Source: a virus (Duplodnaviria > Caudoviricetes). Taken from it: DNA of 53,781 nucleotides. Position numbers and translations under genes: made by a program. This document shows, piece by piece, positions 7,575-16,804 of this stretch. Below the pieces are notes generated by a model that saw only the letters and a program-made list of their open reading frames with translations, ran no database searches and was not told the DNA's origin. The number at the start of each line of letters is the position of its first letter. Within the stretch, counting starts at the first letter, position 1. The DNA lies in IMG/VR virus record IMGVR_UViG_3300020464_000005, positions 1 through 53,781 of that record, one strand, 5' to 3'.

Positions 7575-9698
7575 ATGTCTGATAACTTTCTTGAACCAGC
7601 CGATGACGAGCAGGTAGTTGTTGCGACCCCAGAGGATCAACTGCCCGGTCTTGTTGGATATATAAAAGAAAAATTTGATGGGGCTGAGAATGGGAGATAC
7701 ACCCATGAACAGCGTTGGCTGACTTCGTTCAAGAACTTTAGAGGTATCTATGATTCTAGTACAACTTACAGAGAGTCAGAACGATCTCAAGTTTTTATAA
7801 AAATTACAAAGACAAAAGTATTAGCGGCCTATGGTCAAATCGTAGATATACTGTTTGGGTCAAAGAAGTTTCCAATTACGATTGAACCCACACCTGTTCC
7901 TGAAGGAATAGCTGAATATGCACATAAGAAAACTCCTCTTGATGATCTTCAAAAACCTCAAGATCCTTTTGGATATGAGGGTGATGGTCGAGAAGTTCTT
8001 CCCGGTGCAATGGAAGCAACTCCTAAAAATAATGCATTAGGTGGTCTTTCTGACAAGTATGAAGGAATACCCCTTGTTGAGGGTGCTTCCAAGATTGGTG
8101 AAGTACAAATATCTCCTGCAATGGAATCAGCGTTAGTTCTTGAGAAACAAATACAAGATCAGTTGCTTGATACTCGTGCTGTAAATACAATGAGAGCTGC
8201 CATATTTGAAATGGCTATGTTGGGTACAGGGGTTGTAAAAGGACCTTTTAATTTTTACAAGCGTGTTCATAAGTGGACAAAGGGTGATGGTGGAGAAAAA
8301 CAATACACACCTTACGAAAAAACTGTTCCACGTATGGAGCATGTATCTTGTTGGGATTTCTTTCCTGATCCAACAGCAACATCTATTGAAGATGCAGAAT
8401 ATGTAATACAAAGACATAGACTTAACAAGTCTCAGTTTCGTGCATTAATTAATCTTCCATTCTTTGATGCTGTAGCTATTGAAAATTGTGTAGCTAAAGG
8501 TCCTAATTATGAAGACAAGTATTACGAAGATACAATAAGAGAAGACGAAACAGAAGCAAACTACCAAGAAAATCGTTTTGAAGTATTAGAATACTGGGGT
8601 GTTTTAGATGCCCAACTTGCTAGAGCAACAGGTCTTGACATAGCTGATTCAATGTCTGATCTAGAACAAGTACAGATAAATGCTTGGATTTGTAATGGCA
8701 TGGTGTTACGTTGTGTATTAAATCCATTTACACCTGCAAGAATACCATATCAAGTTGTTCCATATGAAGTAAATCCTTACCAGATGTTTGGTATTGGAGT
8801 TGCAGAAAATATGGAAGACTCGCAGATGCTAATGAATGGTCACGTAAGAATGGCTATTGATAACTTAGCACTTGCAGGTAATCTTGTATTTGATGTAGAC
8901 GAAGCAAGTTTAGTTCCGGGACAGAACATGGATGTGTTTCCGGGCAAGATATTTAGAAGACAATCTGGGGTAACAGGAACAGCTATCAATGGACTAAAGT
9001 TTCCAAACACAGCACCAGAAAACTTACAGATGTATCAGATAAGCCGACAACTGGCTGACGAACAAACTGGTATACCTTCTATACTACACGGACAAACAGG
9101 TGTAACAGGAACAGGAAGAACTGCTGCAGGGCTATCTATGTTGATGGGTGGAGCAAACCTGTCGATGAAAACTGTTATAAAAAATATAGATGATTATATG
9201 CTTAAGCCATTAGGTGAAGCATACTTTCAGTGGAACATGCAGTTCAATGACACCACACCTGAAATACAGGGTGACTTAGAAATAAAGCCCGGTGGTACAA
9301 ACTCAATAATGCAGAAAGAAGTACGAAGTCAAAGACTGACAGCGTTGTTGCAAACTGTATCCAATCCAATGTTAGCACCATTTATTAAGTTGCCAAACTT
9401 AATGAGAGAGTTAGCTATCGCACAGGACATTGATCCTGACAGCTTAGTAAATAATTTAAACGAAGCACAACTATATGCAGAACTATTAAAGGGGTTACAA
9501 AATGCTCAACAAACAGCAAGCCAGCAAACTCAGCCCACTGGTCAACAACCAACAGGCATGGGTGGCACTGGAGGAACACCTCCAGCACCTAACAGAAATG
9601 ACGGTGCAAGCGTTGATGGCAGCCCCACTGGAGTCGGAGCTACGCCAACTGCAGGGGAAGCTTCGTTTACTGGAAACCCTCAAAGGGTTGAAGAGTGA
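7575..9698 (+). CDS. Portal protein
   Basis: Size and position; GTGVVKGP, WDFFPDP, YVIQRH, FGIGVAE, RTAAGLSMLM typical of podoviral portals. Confidence 0.9.
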   Translation: MSDNFLEPADDEQVVVATPEDQLPGLVGYIKEKFDGAENGRYTHEQRWLTSFKNFRGIYDSSTTYRESERSQVFIKITKTKVLAAYGQIVDILFGSKKFPITIEPTPVPEGIAEYAHKKTPLDDLQKPQDPFGYEGDGREVLPGAMEATPKNNALGGLSDKYEGIPLVEGASKIGEVQISPAMESALVLEKQIQDQLLDTRAVNTMRAAIFEMAMLGTGVVKGPFNFYKRVHKWTKGDGGEKQYTPYEKTVPRMEHVSCWDFFPDPTATSIEDAEYVIQRHRLNKSQFRALINLPFFDAVAIENCVAKGPNYEDKYYEDTIREDETEANYQENRFEVLEYWGVLDAQLARATGLDIADSMSDLEQVQINAWICNGMVLRCVLNPFTPARIPYQVVPYEVNPYQMFGIGVAENMEDSQMLMNGHVRMAIDNLALAGNLVFDVDEASLVPGQNMDVFPGKIFRRQSGVTGTAINGLKFPNTAPENLQMYQISRQLADEQTGIPSILHGQTGVTGTGRTAAGLSMLMGGANLSMKTVIKNIDDYMLKPLGEAYFQWNMQFNDTTPEIQGDLEIKPGGTNSIMQKEVRSQRLTALLQTVSNPMLAPFIKLPNLMRELAIAQDIDPDSLVNNLNEAQLYAELLKGLQNAQQTASQQTQPTGQQPTGMGGTGGTPPAPNRNDGASVDGSPTGVGATPTAGEASFTGNPQRVEE

Positions 9699-9732
9699 GT
9701 ATATGGCCGCACAAAATTTAAAGGATAACTAA
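9502..9732 (+). CDS. Small helical post-portal protein overlapping the portal 3' end
   Basis: AAGGGG SD; ELRQLQGKLRLLETLK resembles small post-portal proteins; stop coupled to the next ATG. Confidence 0.65.
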   Translation: MLNKQQASKLSPLVNNQQAWVALEEHLQHLTEMTVQALMAAPLESELRQLQGKLRLLETLKGLKSEYMAAQNLKDN

Positions 9733-11900
9733 TGATAGACGCACCTGTTTTTCCAATAATTAACAACCCCAATGAGTATAGGCGAGGAAAGTTTAGTTTC
9801 TTTCATACGTATTTTAAGTCTTTATATCCTAGCATGTATAATGATATGTTAAAAAATATGGGGCAAGACACAGAACCTACACCAGATCCTGCACCACAAC
9901 CTACAGATCCTATAATGATGCAACCTCAAAGACAAGAAAAATCTGCTGAAGAAATTGCCGCAGCAAATAAAATAAGGATGCAGGATAGACTTGCAGGTAA
10001 GTATACAATTCAAGGACAAGTTGTAGGGCAACAATTACCAGAGTTCACAGGGGATGAAAAAGGAATTAATCCTGTAGTTAATAAATGGATAACAGGAAAA
10101 GAATCAGATGATGTTTTTGAAGGGTTAGGTAAATTAGGAAAAGTAAGTATATTTAGGGGATTAAGTAAACTTAATAATCCAGCTCACGAAAAAAATATTC
10201 AACAAATGATACAGAGTAAAGGCGAAATGGGTGGTGCTGCAATGTTGTACGATCCATCAACAAATAGTTATGTTGGTGTTAGCTTAAATGAACAAGATTT
10301 AGGAGAACAAACAGCTTCACTTATTAAAGGTATCACAGGTATTGATTCAAATAAACGATATAATTTTGTTGGTAATTTACCCCCTGTTGCAGTATTTGGT
10401 GGTGAGGTCTACGATACGACAAATGCAAAAGATAGACAAAACTTAATATTGGCTATTAAGAGTGAAGCTCCAAAACAATTTAATGAGTATATTAATAGAG
10501 TTGAGACAAATGTAACAGGAACAGAACAATCATTAGATGTCTTTCAAAAAGATACTAGAGAACAAACATCTACAGATGAAACGGTATATAGTTCTGCAGG
10601 GTTAGACGATGCGGCAAAACAACGTGCATTAGATGCAGCACGTGATGATAGAGAGCGAGAAAGAGCAGAAGCTCAAGGTAAAGCAGATGCAGTAAAAATT
10701 TCTGACAAGGTAATTCAAGATCAATTTAAAGCTGAATATGACCTTAGAGAATTTAACACTGGTGGCTTTATAGGTGGAATGAACCCAGATCAGGTAACAG
10801 ATGCACAAACTGTAGCTGATGATTACCCAATAGATTCTGATGATGGCGACTTTATGATTAATGCCGCAGCGATAGAAAAAGATCCACAAAGATTTAATGA
10901 GATTATATCTGCAGGATTACAAAAGGCACGAGAAAAAGGTATTGAAGTTGGAGATATTTCAGGAGTTGGTATGGATGAGTCTGGAGATGTATTAGCATCT
11001 AAAGGTGAGTTTCTTGTTAAAAAACCTCTTGCTGAAACTATTGGATACGACACATTAAATCAATTTAATGATCAAGGCAAATCAGAAGTTGACAGACGAG
11101 TTGCAGCATCAGGTGGGTTTTTAGATGGATACGCAAATGGGGGAGAAGTTGACCTTCCTGCTACTCGACCTAGTGCTGGGTTGCTTAATTTATATGATGC
11201 AATAAAAGAAAGATTTCCCGGAGGACTTGAACCTGCAAGAAAAACAACAAAAGAGTTTTTAAATCAAATGTCTGATGAAGAAGCTTTAGCTTTAACAGCT
11301 ATTACAGAAGCCAGTATCTTAGGTGAAAAAGGACTTGAGAGTGTAATGCATGTTGTAAACAACAGAATAAACTCTGACTATCAAGATTTTAAAAGCCAGT
11401 TTAATGTAAAAGATGTATTGAACAGACAAACTGCTGGTGGTGCATTTCAATTTACAGGGCTTGAGATAAAAGGTGACAAAAACTTTGCTGATCTACGAAC
11501 ACACGTAACCGAACTTGTAACAAACCCAAAAGCATACAGAAATTATATGAAAACTGTTGACATAGCAAGAGATGTGTTAGCAGGAAAAAGAAAAGATTTT
11601 ACAGGTGGAGCATTGTTTTATTATAATCCAAAAGCTTCTACCTCAGAAGATTTCAAAAATAAAGTAGCAGATAGAACTTATGTGCCTATATATTATATGA
11701 GAGGAAAAGGATCACAACATATTTATTTTTCTCCTCAAGATATATATAGACCTGAGTTACCTGTATCTAAACCAGAAACTCCTGCTAAAAGGATACAGAA
11801 GAAATTTGCACAACCCAGTTTTTTAGACGATAAAGTTGATTTAAGTGGACAAGGTATGTTTGGAACATACTTACAAAATAGACCTTCTTTACAATATTAA
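9732..11900 (+). CDS. Putative virion protein with C-terminal SleB-like (Hydrolase_2) cell-wall hydrolase
   Basis: ALTAITEA (E526), VMHVVNNR, FQFT, TGGALFYYNP, HIYF; central FNTGG...YANGG module. Confidence 0.75.
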   Translation: MIDAPVFPIINNPNEYRRGKFSFFHTYFKSLYPSMYNDMLKNMGQDTEPTPDPAPQPTDPIMMQPQRQEKSAEEIAAANKIRMQDRLAGKYTIQGQVVGQQLPEFTGDEKGINPVVNKWITGKESDDVFEGLGKLGKVSIFRGLSKLNNPAHEKNIQQMIQSKGEMGGAAMLYDPSTNSYVGVSLNEQDLGEQTASLIKGITGIDSNKRYNFVGNLPPVAVFGGEVYDTTNAKDRQNLILAIKSEAPKQFNEYINRVETNVTGTEQSLDVFQKDTREQTSTDETVYSSAGLDDAAKQRALDAARDDRERERAEAQGKADAVKISDKVIQDQFKAEYDLREFNTGGFIGGMNPDQVTDAQTVADDYPIDSDDGDFMINAAAIEKDPQRFNEIISAGLQKAREKGIEVGDISGVGMDESGDVLASKGEFLVKKPLAETIGYDTLNQFNDQGKSEVDRRVAASGGFLDGYANGGEVDLPATRPSAGLLNLYDAIKERFPGGLEPARKTTKEFLNQMSDEEALALTAITEASILGEKGLESVMHVVNNRINSDYQDFKSQFNVKDVLNRQTAGGAFQFTGLEIKGDKNFADLRTHVTELVTNPKAYRNYMKTVDIARDVLAGKRKDFTGGALFYYNPKASTSEDFKNKVADRTYVPIYYMRGKGSQHIYFSPQDIYRPELPVSKPETPAKRIQKKFAQPSFLDDKVDLSGQGMFGTYLQNRPSLQY

Positions 11901-11917
11901 CTCCGTTTAAAACTAAC

Positions 11918-11982
11918 GTAGCTACCTGCAATAATGCAGCCCTACATAACCGAGCAGCCACCCCAAGCCATGTGGCACTGCT
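11918..11982 (+). promoter_or_regulatory. Tandem structured RNA leader of the scaffold gene
   Basis: Two hairpins, each with a CYAC/CM internal loop, directly before the AAGGAG SD. Confidence 0.45.
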
Positions 11983-11997
11983 AGAAGGAGAATTATC

Positions 11998-12876
11998 ATG
12001 GCAAAAAAACCAAGCGGCCACAGAGCTAATAAAAACAATGATTCCTTTGGAACTATAAATAACGAAAACCTGTACAGAAACGCATATCGTAAAGACGTTT
12101 ACAAAGATGATGAAGAACAGGAAGTAGAAACACCCCCTGCTGAAGAAGCAGCCACGGTAAAAGAAAATACAAGTTTCGTTGAGTCAAAACAAGCTGACGA
12201 AGTTGACTTTAAAAAAAGATATGATGATTTAAAAAAGCATTATGATCAAAAACTTGAGACATGGAAGACTGAAAAAAGCGAATTAGAAAACGCAATAAAA
12301 GAATCCGTAGCTCAAAAAACTAATGTTCAGATGCCAAAAACTCCAGAGGAGTTAGAAGAATTTAAAACAGCATATCCAGATGTGTACGCAGTTGTACAGA
12401 CTGTTGCTCATCAACAAGCCGAAGAAAAATCAAAAGAACTTCATCAAGAGTTGGAAACAATTCGTGAACGTGAAAAGAATTTGGTTGTTCAGAAAGCTTA
12501 TGAAGAACTACTGAGAAAGCATCCTGATTTTGATGACATTAGAAAAGACAAGAAGTTTCTTGATTGGTTAGAGACACAACCTGCATCTTTAGCAGATGGT
12601 ATATATAAAAACAACACAGATGCTTTATGGGCATCTAGAGTTATAGACCTCTACAAAGCAGATGCTGGCATAGTTAAAAAACCAAAAGCAGTAAAACCAA
12701 CTGCAGCATCAGCAATAACTCCTGCAAAAGCAAGAGAGGTAACTGTTGATTCTAACGCTGGTAAACGCATATGGAAAGCTTCTGAGATTTCTAGACTCAA
12801 AGCACAGGAGTTTGAACGTTTTGAAAAAGACATTGATTTAGCTAGAATAGAAGGTCGTATTGATTTTAATTCTTAA
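11998..12876 (+). CDS. Capsid scaffolding protein
   Basis: Directly upstream of MCP; FKKRYDDLK, HPDFDDI, C-terminal ARIEGRI; charged and helical. Confidence 0.85.
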   Translation: MAKKPSGHRANKNNDSFGTINNENLYRNAYRKDVYKDDEEQEVETPPAEEAATVKENTSFVESKQADEVDFKKRYDDLKKHYDQKLETWKTEKSELENAIKESVAQKTNVQMPKTPEELEEFKTAYPDVYAVVQTVAHQQAEEKSKELHQELETIREREKNLVVQKAYEELLRKHPDFDDIRKDKKFLDWLETQPASLADGIYKNNTDALWASRVIDLYKADAGIVKKPKAVKPTAASAITPAKAREVTVDSNAGKRIWKASEISRLKAQEFERFEKDIDLARIEGRIDFNS

Positions 12877-12904
12877 TTTTAACAACTTTTAAAGGGGAAA
12901 AGCG

Positions 12905-13879
12905 ATGGCTTTTGATACATCAGCAGGTTATGCTAACCTGCCTAGTGGTAATTTTACACCGTCTATTTTTAGCCAAAAAGTTCTTAAATTCTTTCGCAGA
13001 GCATCGGTTGTAGAAGATATAACTAATACAGACTATGCTGGCGAAATTGAGAACTTTGGCGATACGGTTAATATTATCAAAGAACCGACAATCACAGTTT
13101 CATCTTATACAAGAGGTGCTGTGGTTAACACTCAAGACTTGGCAGACGACCAAATTACTATGGTTGTTGACCAAGCAAACGCATTTGCGTTTAAGATTGA
13201 TGACATTGAAGAACGTCAATCACACGTTAACTTTGAAGCATTGGCTACATCATCTGGTGCATACTCTCTCAAGAGAAAGTATGATGCGAATGTTTTAGAT
13301 TTAATGGCAACCAACGCAGGTCTAAACGGAGAATCAGGTGCGACTACAAAACAAATTTCAGGTATCGGAACATTAGGTTCTGCTCTTGATATTGGTGGTG
13401 CAACTACTCCGGGAGATACTGCTGTAAATACAATGCTTGTAATGGCAAGTGCATTAGACGATCAATCTGTTCCAGAAGAAAACAGATGGTTTGTTGCACC
13501 ACCATTATTCTATAAGCATCTATTCTCAGCAGGTGCAAAATTTGCCGAAGTTCAAGTAACAGGCGATCAGACATCACCATTAAGAAATGGTCTTGTGTCT
13601 CTTGGTAACATTGCAGGATTTTCATGCTACAAGACTACAGCATTAAATTCAACTGCTGGTACTGATGAGGTAACAATATCAGGTCTTGCTACTGATGGTT
13701 CTGAAAACGTTCTATTAGCTGGACATATGTCATCAACTGCTACTGCATCTCATATTGCAAAGACTGAAGTAGTTCGATCAACAGAAAGTTTCTCTGACGT
13801 AGTTAGAGGACTTCACGTGTTTGGTCGAAAGGTACTCAGACCTGAAGCAATGTGTCGTGCTGTCGTTAGCTTAGATTAA
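12905..13879 (+). CDS. Major capsid protein
   Basis: NFTPSIFSQKVLKFF, DYAGEI..GDTV, LDDQSVPEENRW, RGLHVFGRKVLRPEA. Confidence 0.93.
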   Translation: MAFDTSAGYANLPSGNFTPSIFSQKVLKFFRRASVVEDITNTDYAGEIENFGDTVNIIKEPTITVSSYTRGAVVNTQDLADDQITMVVDQANAFAFKIDDIEERQSHVNFEALATSSGAYSLKRKYDANVLDLMATNAGLNGESGATTKQISGIGTLGSALDIGGATTPGDTAVNTMLVMASALDDQSVPEENRWFVAPPLFYKHLFSAGAKFAEVQVTGDQTSPLRNGLVSLGNIAGFSCYKTTALNSTAGTDEVTISGLATDGSENVLLAGHMSSTATASHIAKTEVVRSTESFSDVVRGLHVFGRKVLRPEAMCRAVVSLD

Positions 13880-13894
13880 GGGGGGGATTAACTT

Positions 13895-14371
13895 ATGGCT
13901 ACATATAATAACACCATTACTGGTGGTGGCACTACAGGTCACATATCTGACGCTGCTAAAGCTTACGTTAGAACTTCTAAAGTTTGGGATACTGCTGATG
14001 GTGGTACAGGTGGAGATGTTGTTCAAATGATGGACATCCCTGCCGACACTATGATTATCGGTGGATGCCTTGAAGTTCTTGAAGCTAGAGGTAACGGACA
14101 GATAACTTTGGATCTAGGGTATACTGGTGGAGATGTTGATACATTTATTGATGGATCAGCATGTGCTGCTGGGTTTTCACCTTTCCTAAACGCTGCAGTT
14201 GGAGCATCTGGGGCAAACCCAAAAATGCTTACTTCTGCAGATACTATTGATGCACTCATCCTTGATGGTGGGTCATCTGGGGAAAGTGCGTTACGTTTTC
14301 GTATTCACGTTGTAATGTGTGACGTTTCTAAAAACCCAGTAGAATCTGCAACAGTTTCAACTGGAACTTAA
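13895..14371 (+). CDS. Putative capsid decoration/minor capsid protein
   Basis: Follows MCP before a hairpin; GDVVQMMDIPADT, beta-rich. Confidence 0.6.
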   Translation: MATYNNTITGGGTTGHISDAAKAYVRTSKVWDTADGGTGGDVVQMMDIPADTMIIGGCLEVLEARGNGQITLDLGYTGGDVDTFIDGSACAAGFSPFLNAAVGASGANPKMLTSADTIDALILDGGSSGESALRFRIHVVMCDVSKNPVESATVSTGT

Positions 14372-14381
14372 TACTTTTTAT

Positions 14382-14414
14382 GAGGGGGCAGGGTAACTTG
14401 CCCCTTCTAACTTT
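14382..14414 (+). terminator. Terminator-like hairpin after the capsid genes
   Basis: GAGGGGGCAGG-GTAA-CTTGCCCCTTC followed by TAACTTT. Confidence 0.65.
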
Positions 14415-14428
14415 AACAAGGAAGTTAA

Positions 14429-15058
14429 ATGTTACTTCAATTACTAACTCCAGAAGAGGTAGACTTCTGTGTCAAAAATACCTGCCAAATGGAAGATGGC
14501 TCAAAATCTAAGCCACTCACAGGATCAAAAAATAATGAAGAATCAACAAACATGCCTGATAAGGTACGTGAATTAATAACACAAAGAATATACAATAATC
14601 CATTTGTTGATGCAGTAATAAACCCTACAAAAGTATCGGTAAATTTTTATAACCAATACAATGAAGGGGGGCATTATGATAAACATATAGATAACTTCAA
14701 AGCTGAACCCAAAATAAATAATACATATTTTGACTATGGATTTTCTATATGCTTAAATAGTGATTACGATGGTGGAGAATTTATTGTTGATAATGAAATA
14801 GGTCAGATACCCTATAAGTTACAAGCAGGACAAGTTCTTTTCTTTCCTATAATATATGCTCATACAGTCGCACCAATTAAAAAAGGAGTGCGAAAAGCAA
14901 TTATAGGTTGGATGTCTACTAACATAACATATGAACAAACCTATATACTGCGTAACATATATGATGTTAATATGCATTTTGTAAAAGAAAATAATAATGA
15001 AATGGCTGTAAAGTCTACTTTAACACAAAACTATTTAAAAAAGTTATGGGGAAAATAA
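14429..15058 (+). CDS. 2OG-Fe(II) oxygenase, PKHD/PiuC-like
   Basis: YDKHID (HxD), YDGGEF, H-T-V..R-K-A-I-I-G-W. Confidence 0.85.
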   Translation: MLLQLLTPEEVDFCVKNTCQMEDGSKSKPLTGSKNNEESTNMPDKVRELITQRIYNNPFVDAVINPTKVSVNFYNQYNEGGHYDKHIDNFKAEPKINNTYFDYGFSICLNSDYDGGEFIVDNEIGQIPYKLQAGQVLFFPIIYAHTVAPIKKGVRKAIIGWMSTNITYEQTYILRNIYDVNMHFVKENNNEMAVKSTLTQNYLKKLWGK

Positions 15059-15064
15059 CTTAAA

Positions 15065-15247
15065 TTGATCTGGATTCTAATAGTATTTTTAATAGGAACA
15101 GACGTAAAAGAAGAAATATATTTTCAAGATTTAAATATTTGTTTAGAATATTCTAATAAAGTACAAAACCAAAACAACCATCAAAGAGTTGCAGGGGATA
15201 AAATATACATTAAAGCATACTGTATCCCAAAGAAAGAGAATAAATAA
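15065..15247 (+). CDS. Small protein with hydrophobic N-terminus and Cys pair
   Basis: TTG start; WILIVFL; C...YCIP. Confidence 0.5.
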   Translation: MIWILIVFLIGTDVKEEIYFQDLNICLEYSNKVQNQNNHQRVAGDKIYIKAYCIPKKENK

Positions 15248-15537
15248 TGGCATCTAAAAAAGGCGATATGAAAGGTCACACTATAAAGGGTGGACACAAG
15301 CGACCCACTAAAGCAGGTGCTGGAATGACTAAGAAAGGTGTTGCAAAATACCGAAGAGATAACCCCGGAAGTAAACTTAAAACAGCCGTTACAGGTAAAG
15401 TTAAAAAGGGAAGTAAAGATGCAAAGCGTAGGAAATCATATTGTGCTAGATCTGCAGGACAAATGAAAAAGTTTCCTAAAGCAGCAAAAAATCCAAACAG
15501 TCGATTACGACAAGCAAGGAGAAGGTGGAAATGTTAA
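15247..15537 (+). CDS. Highly basic phage protein
   Basis: K/R-rich; RRKSYCARS and SRLRQARRRWKC resemble a recurrent phage family. Confidence 0.75.
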   Translation: MASKKGDMKGHTIKGGHKRPTKAGAGMTKKGVAKYRRDNPGSKLKTAVTGKVKKGSKDAKRRKSYCARSAGQMKKFPKAAKNPNSRLRQARRRWKC

Positions 15538-15782
15538 AAGGGGGTCAAAAAAAATTAGATAAGAATAAAGATGGCAAAATTAGTGGTGCTGACTTTAAGC
15601 TTATGAAAAAAGGTGGAAAGAAAAAATCCACTAAAAAGAAAAAAGGTGCAACACCTAAAAATAAAGCTTTATATGCAAGAGTAAAAGCTGAAGCAAAAAG
15701 AAAATTTAAAGTATACCCATCAGCATATGCAAATGCGTGGTTAGTGCGTACGTATAAGAAAAGGGGTGGAACTTACGCATAA
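15531..15782 (+). CDS. Basic protein with EF-hand-like loop and MxxGG motifs
   Basis: LDKNKDGKISGADF; MLKGG, MKKGG; YPSAYAN. Confidence 0.7.
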   Translation: MLKGGQKKLDKNKDGKISGADFKLMKKGGKKKSTKKKKGATPKNKALYARVKAEAKRKFKVYPSAYANAWLVRTYKKRGGTYA

Positions 15783-16027
15783 TGGCTAAACCCAAAGGTG
15801 GACTAACAAAATGGTTCAAAGAAGATTGGCGAGATGTTAAAACTGGCAAGAAGTGTGGCAGATCTGGTAAGGAAAAGAAATCTAGACCGTATCCTGCGTG
15901 TCGCCCTAAATCTGTAGCGAAAAGGATAAGCAAAGCAGAAGCACGTAAGAAAACAGGACCTAAAGCTGTAAAATGGTCTGTAACTGCTTCTGGGAGAAAA
16001 CGCAAAAAAACAAGGAGAAAAGCGTAG
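15782..16027 (+). CDS. Basic protein (DUF5872-like)
   Basis: GGLTKWFKEDW, CGR, YPACRP. Confidence 0.65.
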   Translation: MAKPKGGLTKWFKEDWRDVKTGKKCGRSGKEKKSRPYPACRPKSVAKRISKAEARKKTGPKAVKWSVTASGRKRKKTRRKA

Positions 16028-16236
16028 TGTGGATTCCAGTAATTACAATTTTATGGGCATTGGGGGATAATGCAACATGGGTAAACTTTCCAATGGTTAA
16101 TTTTCCATTTACTTCATCAGATAATTGTTACAAGTATGTAGCAAAGGTAAGATCTAGTATAACACAAGATCCTCAATATTTAAACGGATATAGCACTTGC
16201 GTATACATTGGTAAACCAACAGGAGAAAACACATAA
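16027..16236 (+). CDS. Small protein with hydrophobic N-terminus and Cys pair
   Basis: GTG coupled to previous stop; AGGAG SD. Confidence 0.55.
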   Translation: MWIPVITILWALGDNATWVNFPMVNFPFTSSDNCYKYVAKVRSSITQDPQYLNGYSTCVYIGKPTGENT

Positions 16237-16625
16237 TGTTTCAAGCATTGTTAGGACCGATAAGTGAACTTGCAGGATCATTCATGCAAGGACAGATAGA
16301 GAAACAGAAAGCTAAAGCAACATTAGCACAAACCAAAGCTGCAGCAGAAGCAGAGATTATGAAGACTGCGGCAACCCATGATTCAAAGTGGGAAATAATA
16401 ATGGCACAGGGTACTCAAAACTCGTGGAAAGATGAAGTGATTACAATCGTGGTGTTGATTCCAACAATTTTAGTATTCATTCCCGGTATGGAAGATGTGG
16501 TTAAAAACGGATTTCAACGACTTAATGAATTACCAGAGTGGTATACGTATCTTTTATTCTTAACAGTTTCTGCTGGATTAGGAATAAAAGGAATAGATAA
16601 ATTTAAAAATATGAGGAGTAAATAA
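16236..16625 (+). CDS. Putative holin-like membrane protein
   Basis: SWKDE followed by two hydrophobic segments, LPEWY; near lysozyme. Confidence 0.6.
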   Translation: MFQALLGPISELAGSFMQGQIEKQKAKATLAQTKAAAEAEIMKTAATHDSKWEIIMAQGTQNSWKDEVITIVVLIPTILVFIPGMEDVVKNGFQRLNELPEWYTYLLFLTVSAGLGIKGIDKFKNMRSK

Positions 16626-16801
16626 TGGCTGGAATGAAGAAGTCTAAAGCAATGGCTAGAGGTGGTAAAAAATCTAAGGCTATGGCAAAAGGGGGTATTG
16701 CAAAAGGCATAGCTAAAATTAAAGGTAAGAATGGTGCTAAAACAAAAATGAAGTATGGTGGCAAGAAATCTAAAGCTATGGCTAGAGGTGGCAAGAGATA
16801 A
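16625..16801 (+). CDS. 58-aa basic repeat peptide (KKSKAMA[RK]GG x3, MKYGG)
   Basis: GAGGAG SD; TAATG coupling; repeats conserved as protein with synonymous DNA changes; missed by ORF track. Confidence 0.8.
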   Translation: MAGMKKSKAMARGGKKSKAMAKGGIAKGIAKIKGKNGAKTKMKYGGKKSKAMARGGKR

Positions 16802-16804
16802 TTA

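Noticed and set aside
13876-13895. G8 run after the MCP stop as a frameshift or phase-variation site
   Set aside because: It lies after the TAA and is adequately explained as the SD of the next gene.
16603-16794. Minus-strand 63-aa repeat ORF (PPLAIALDF)
   Set aside because: Antisense shadow of the plus-strand MARGG peptide, which has the SD and coupling.
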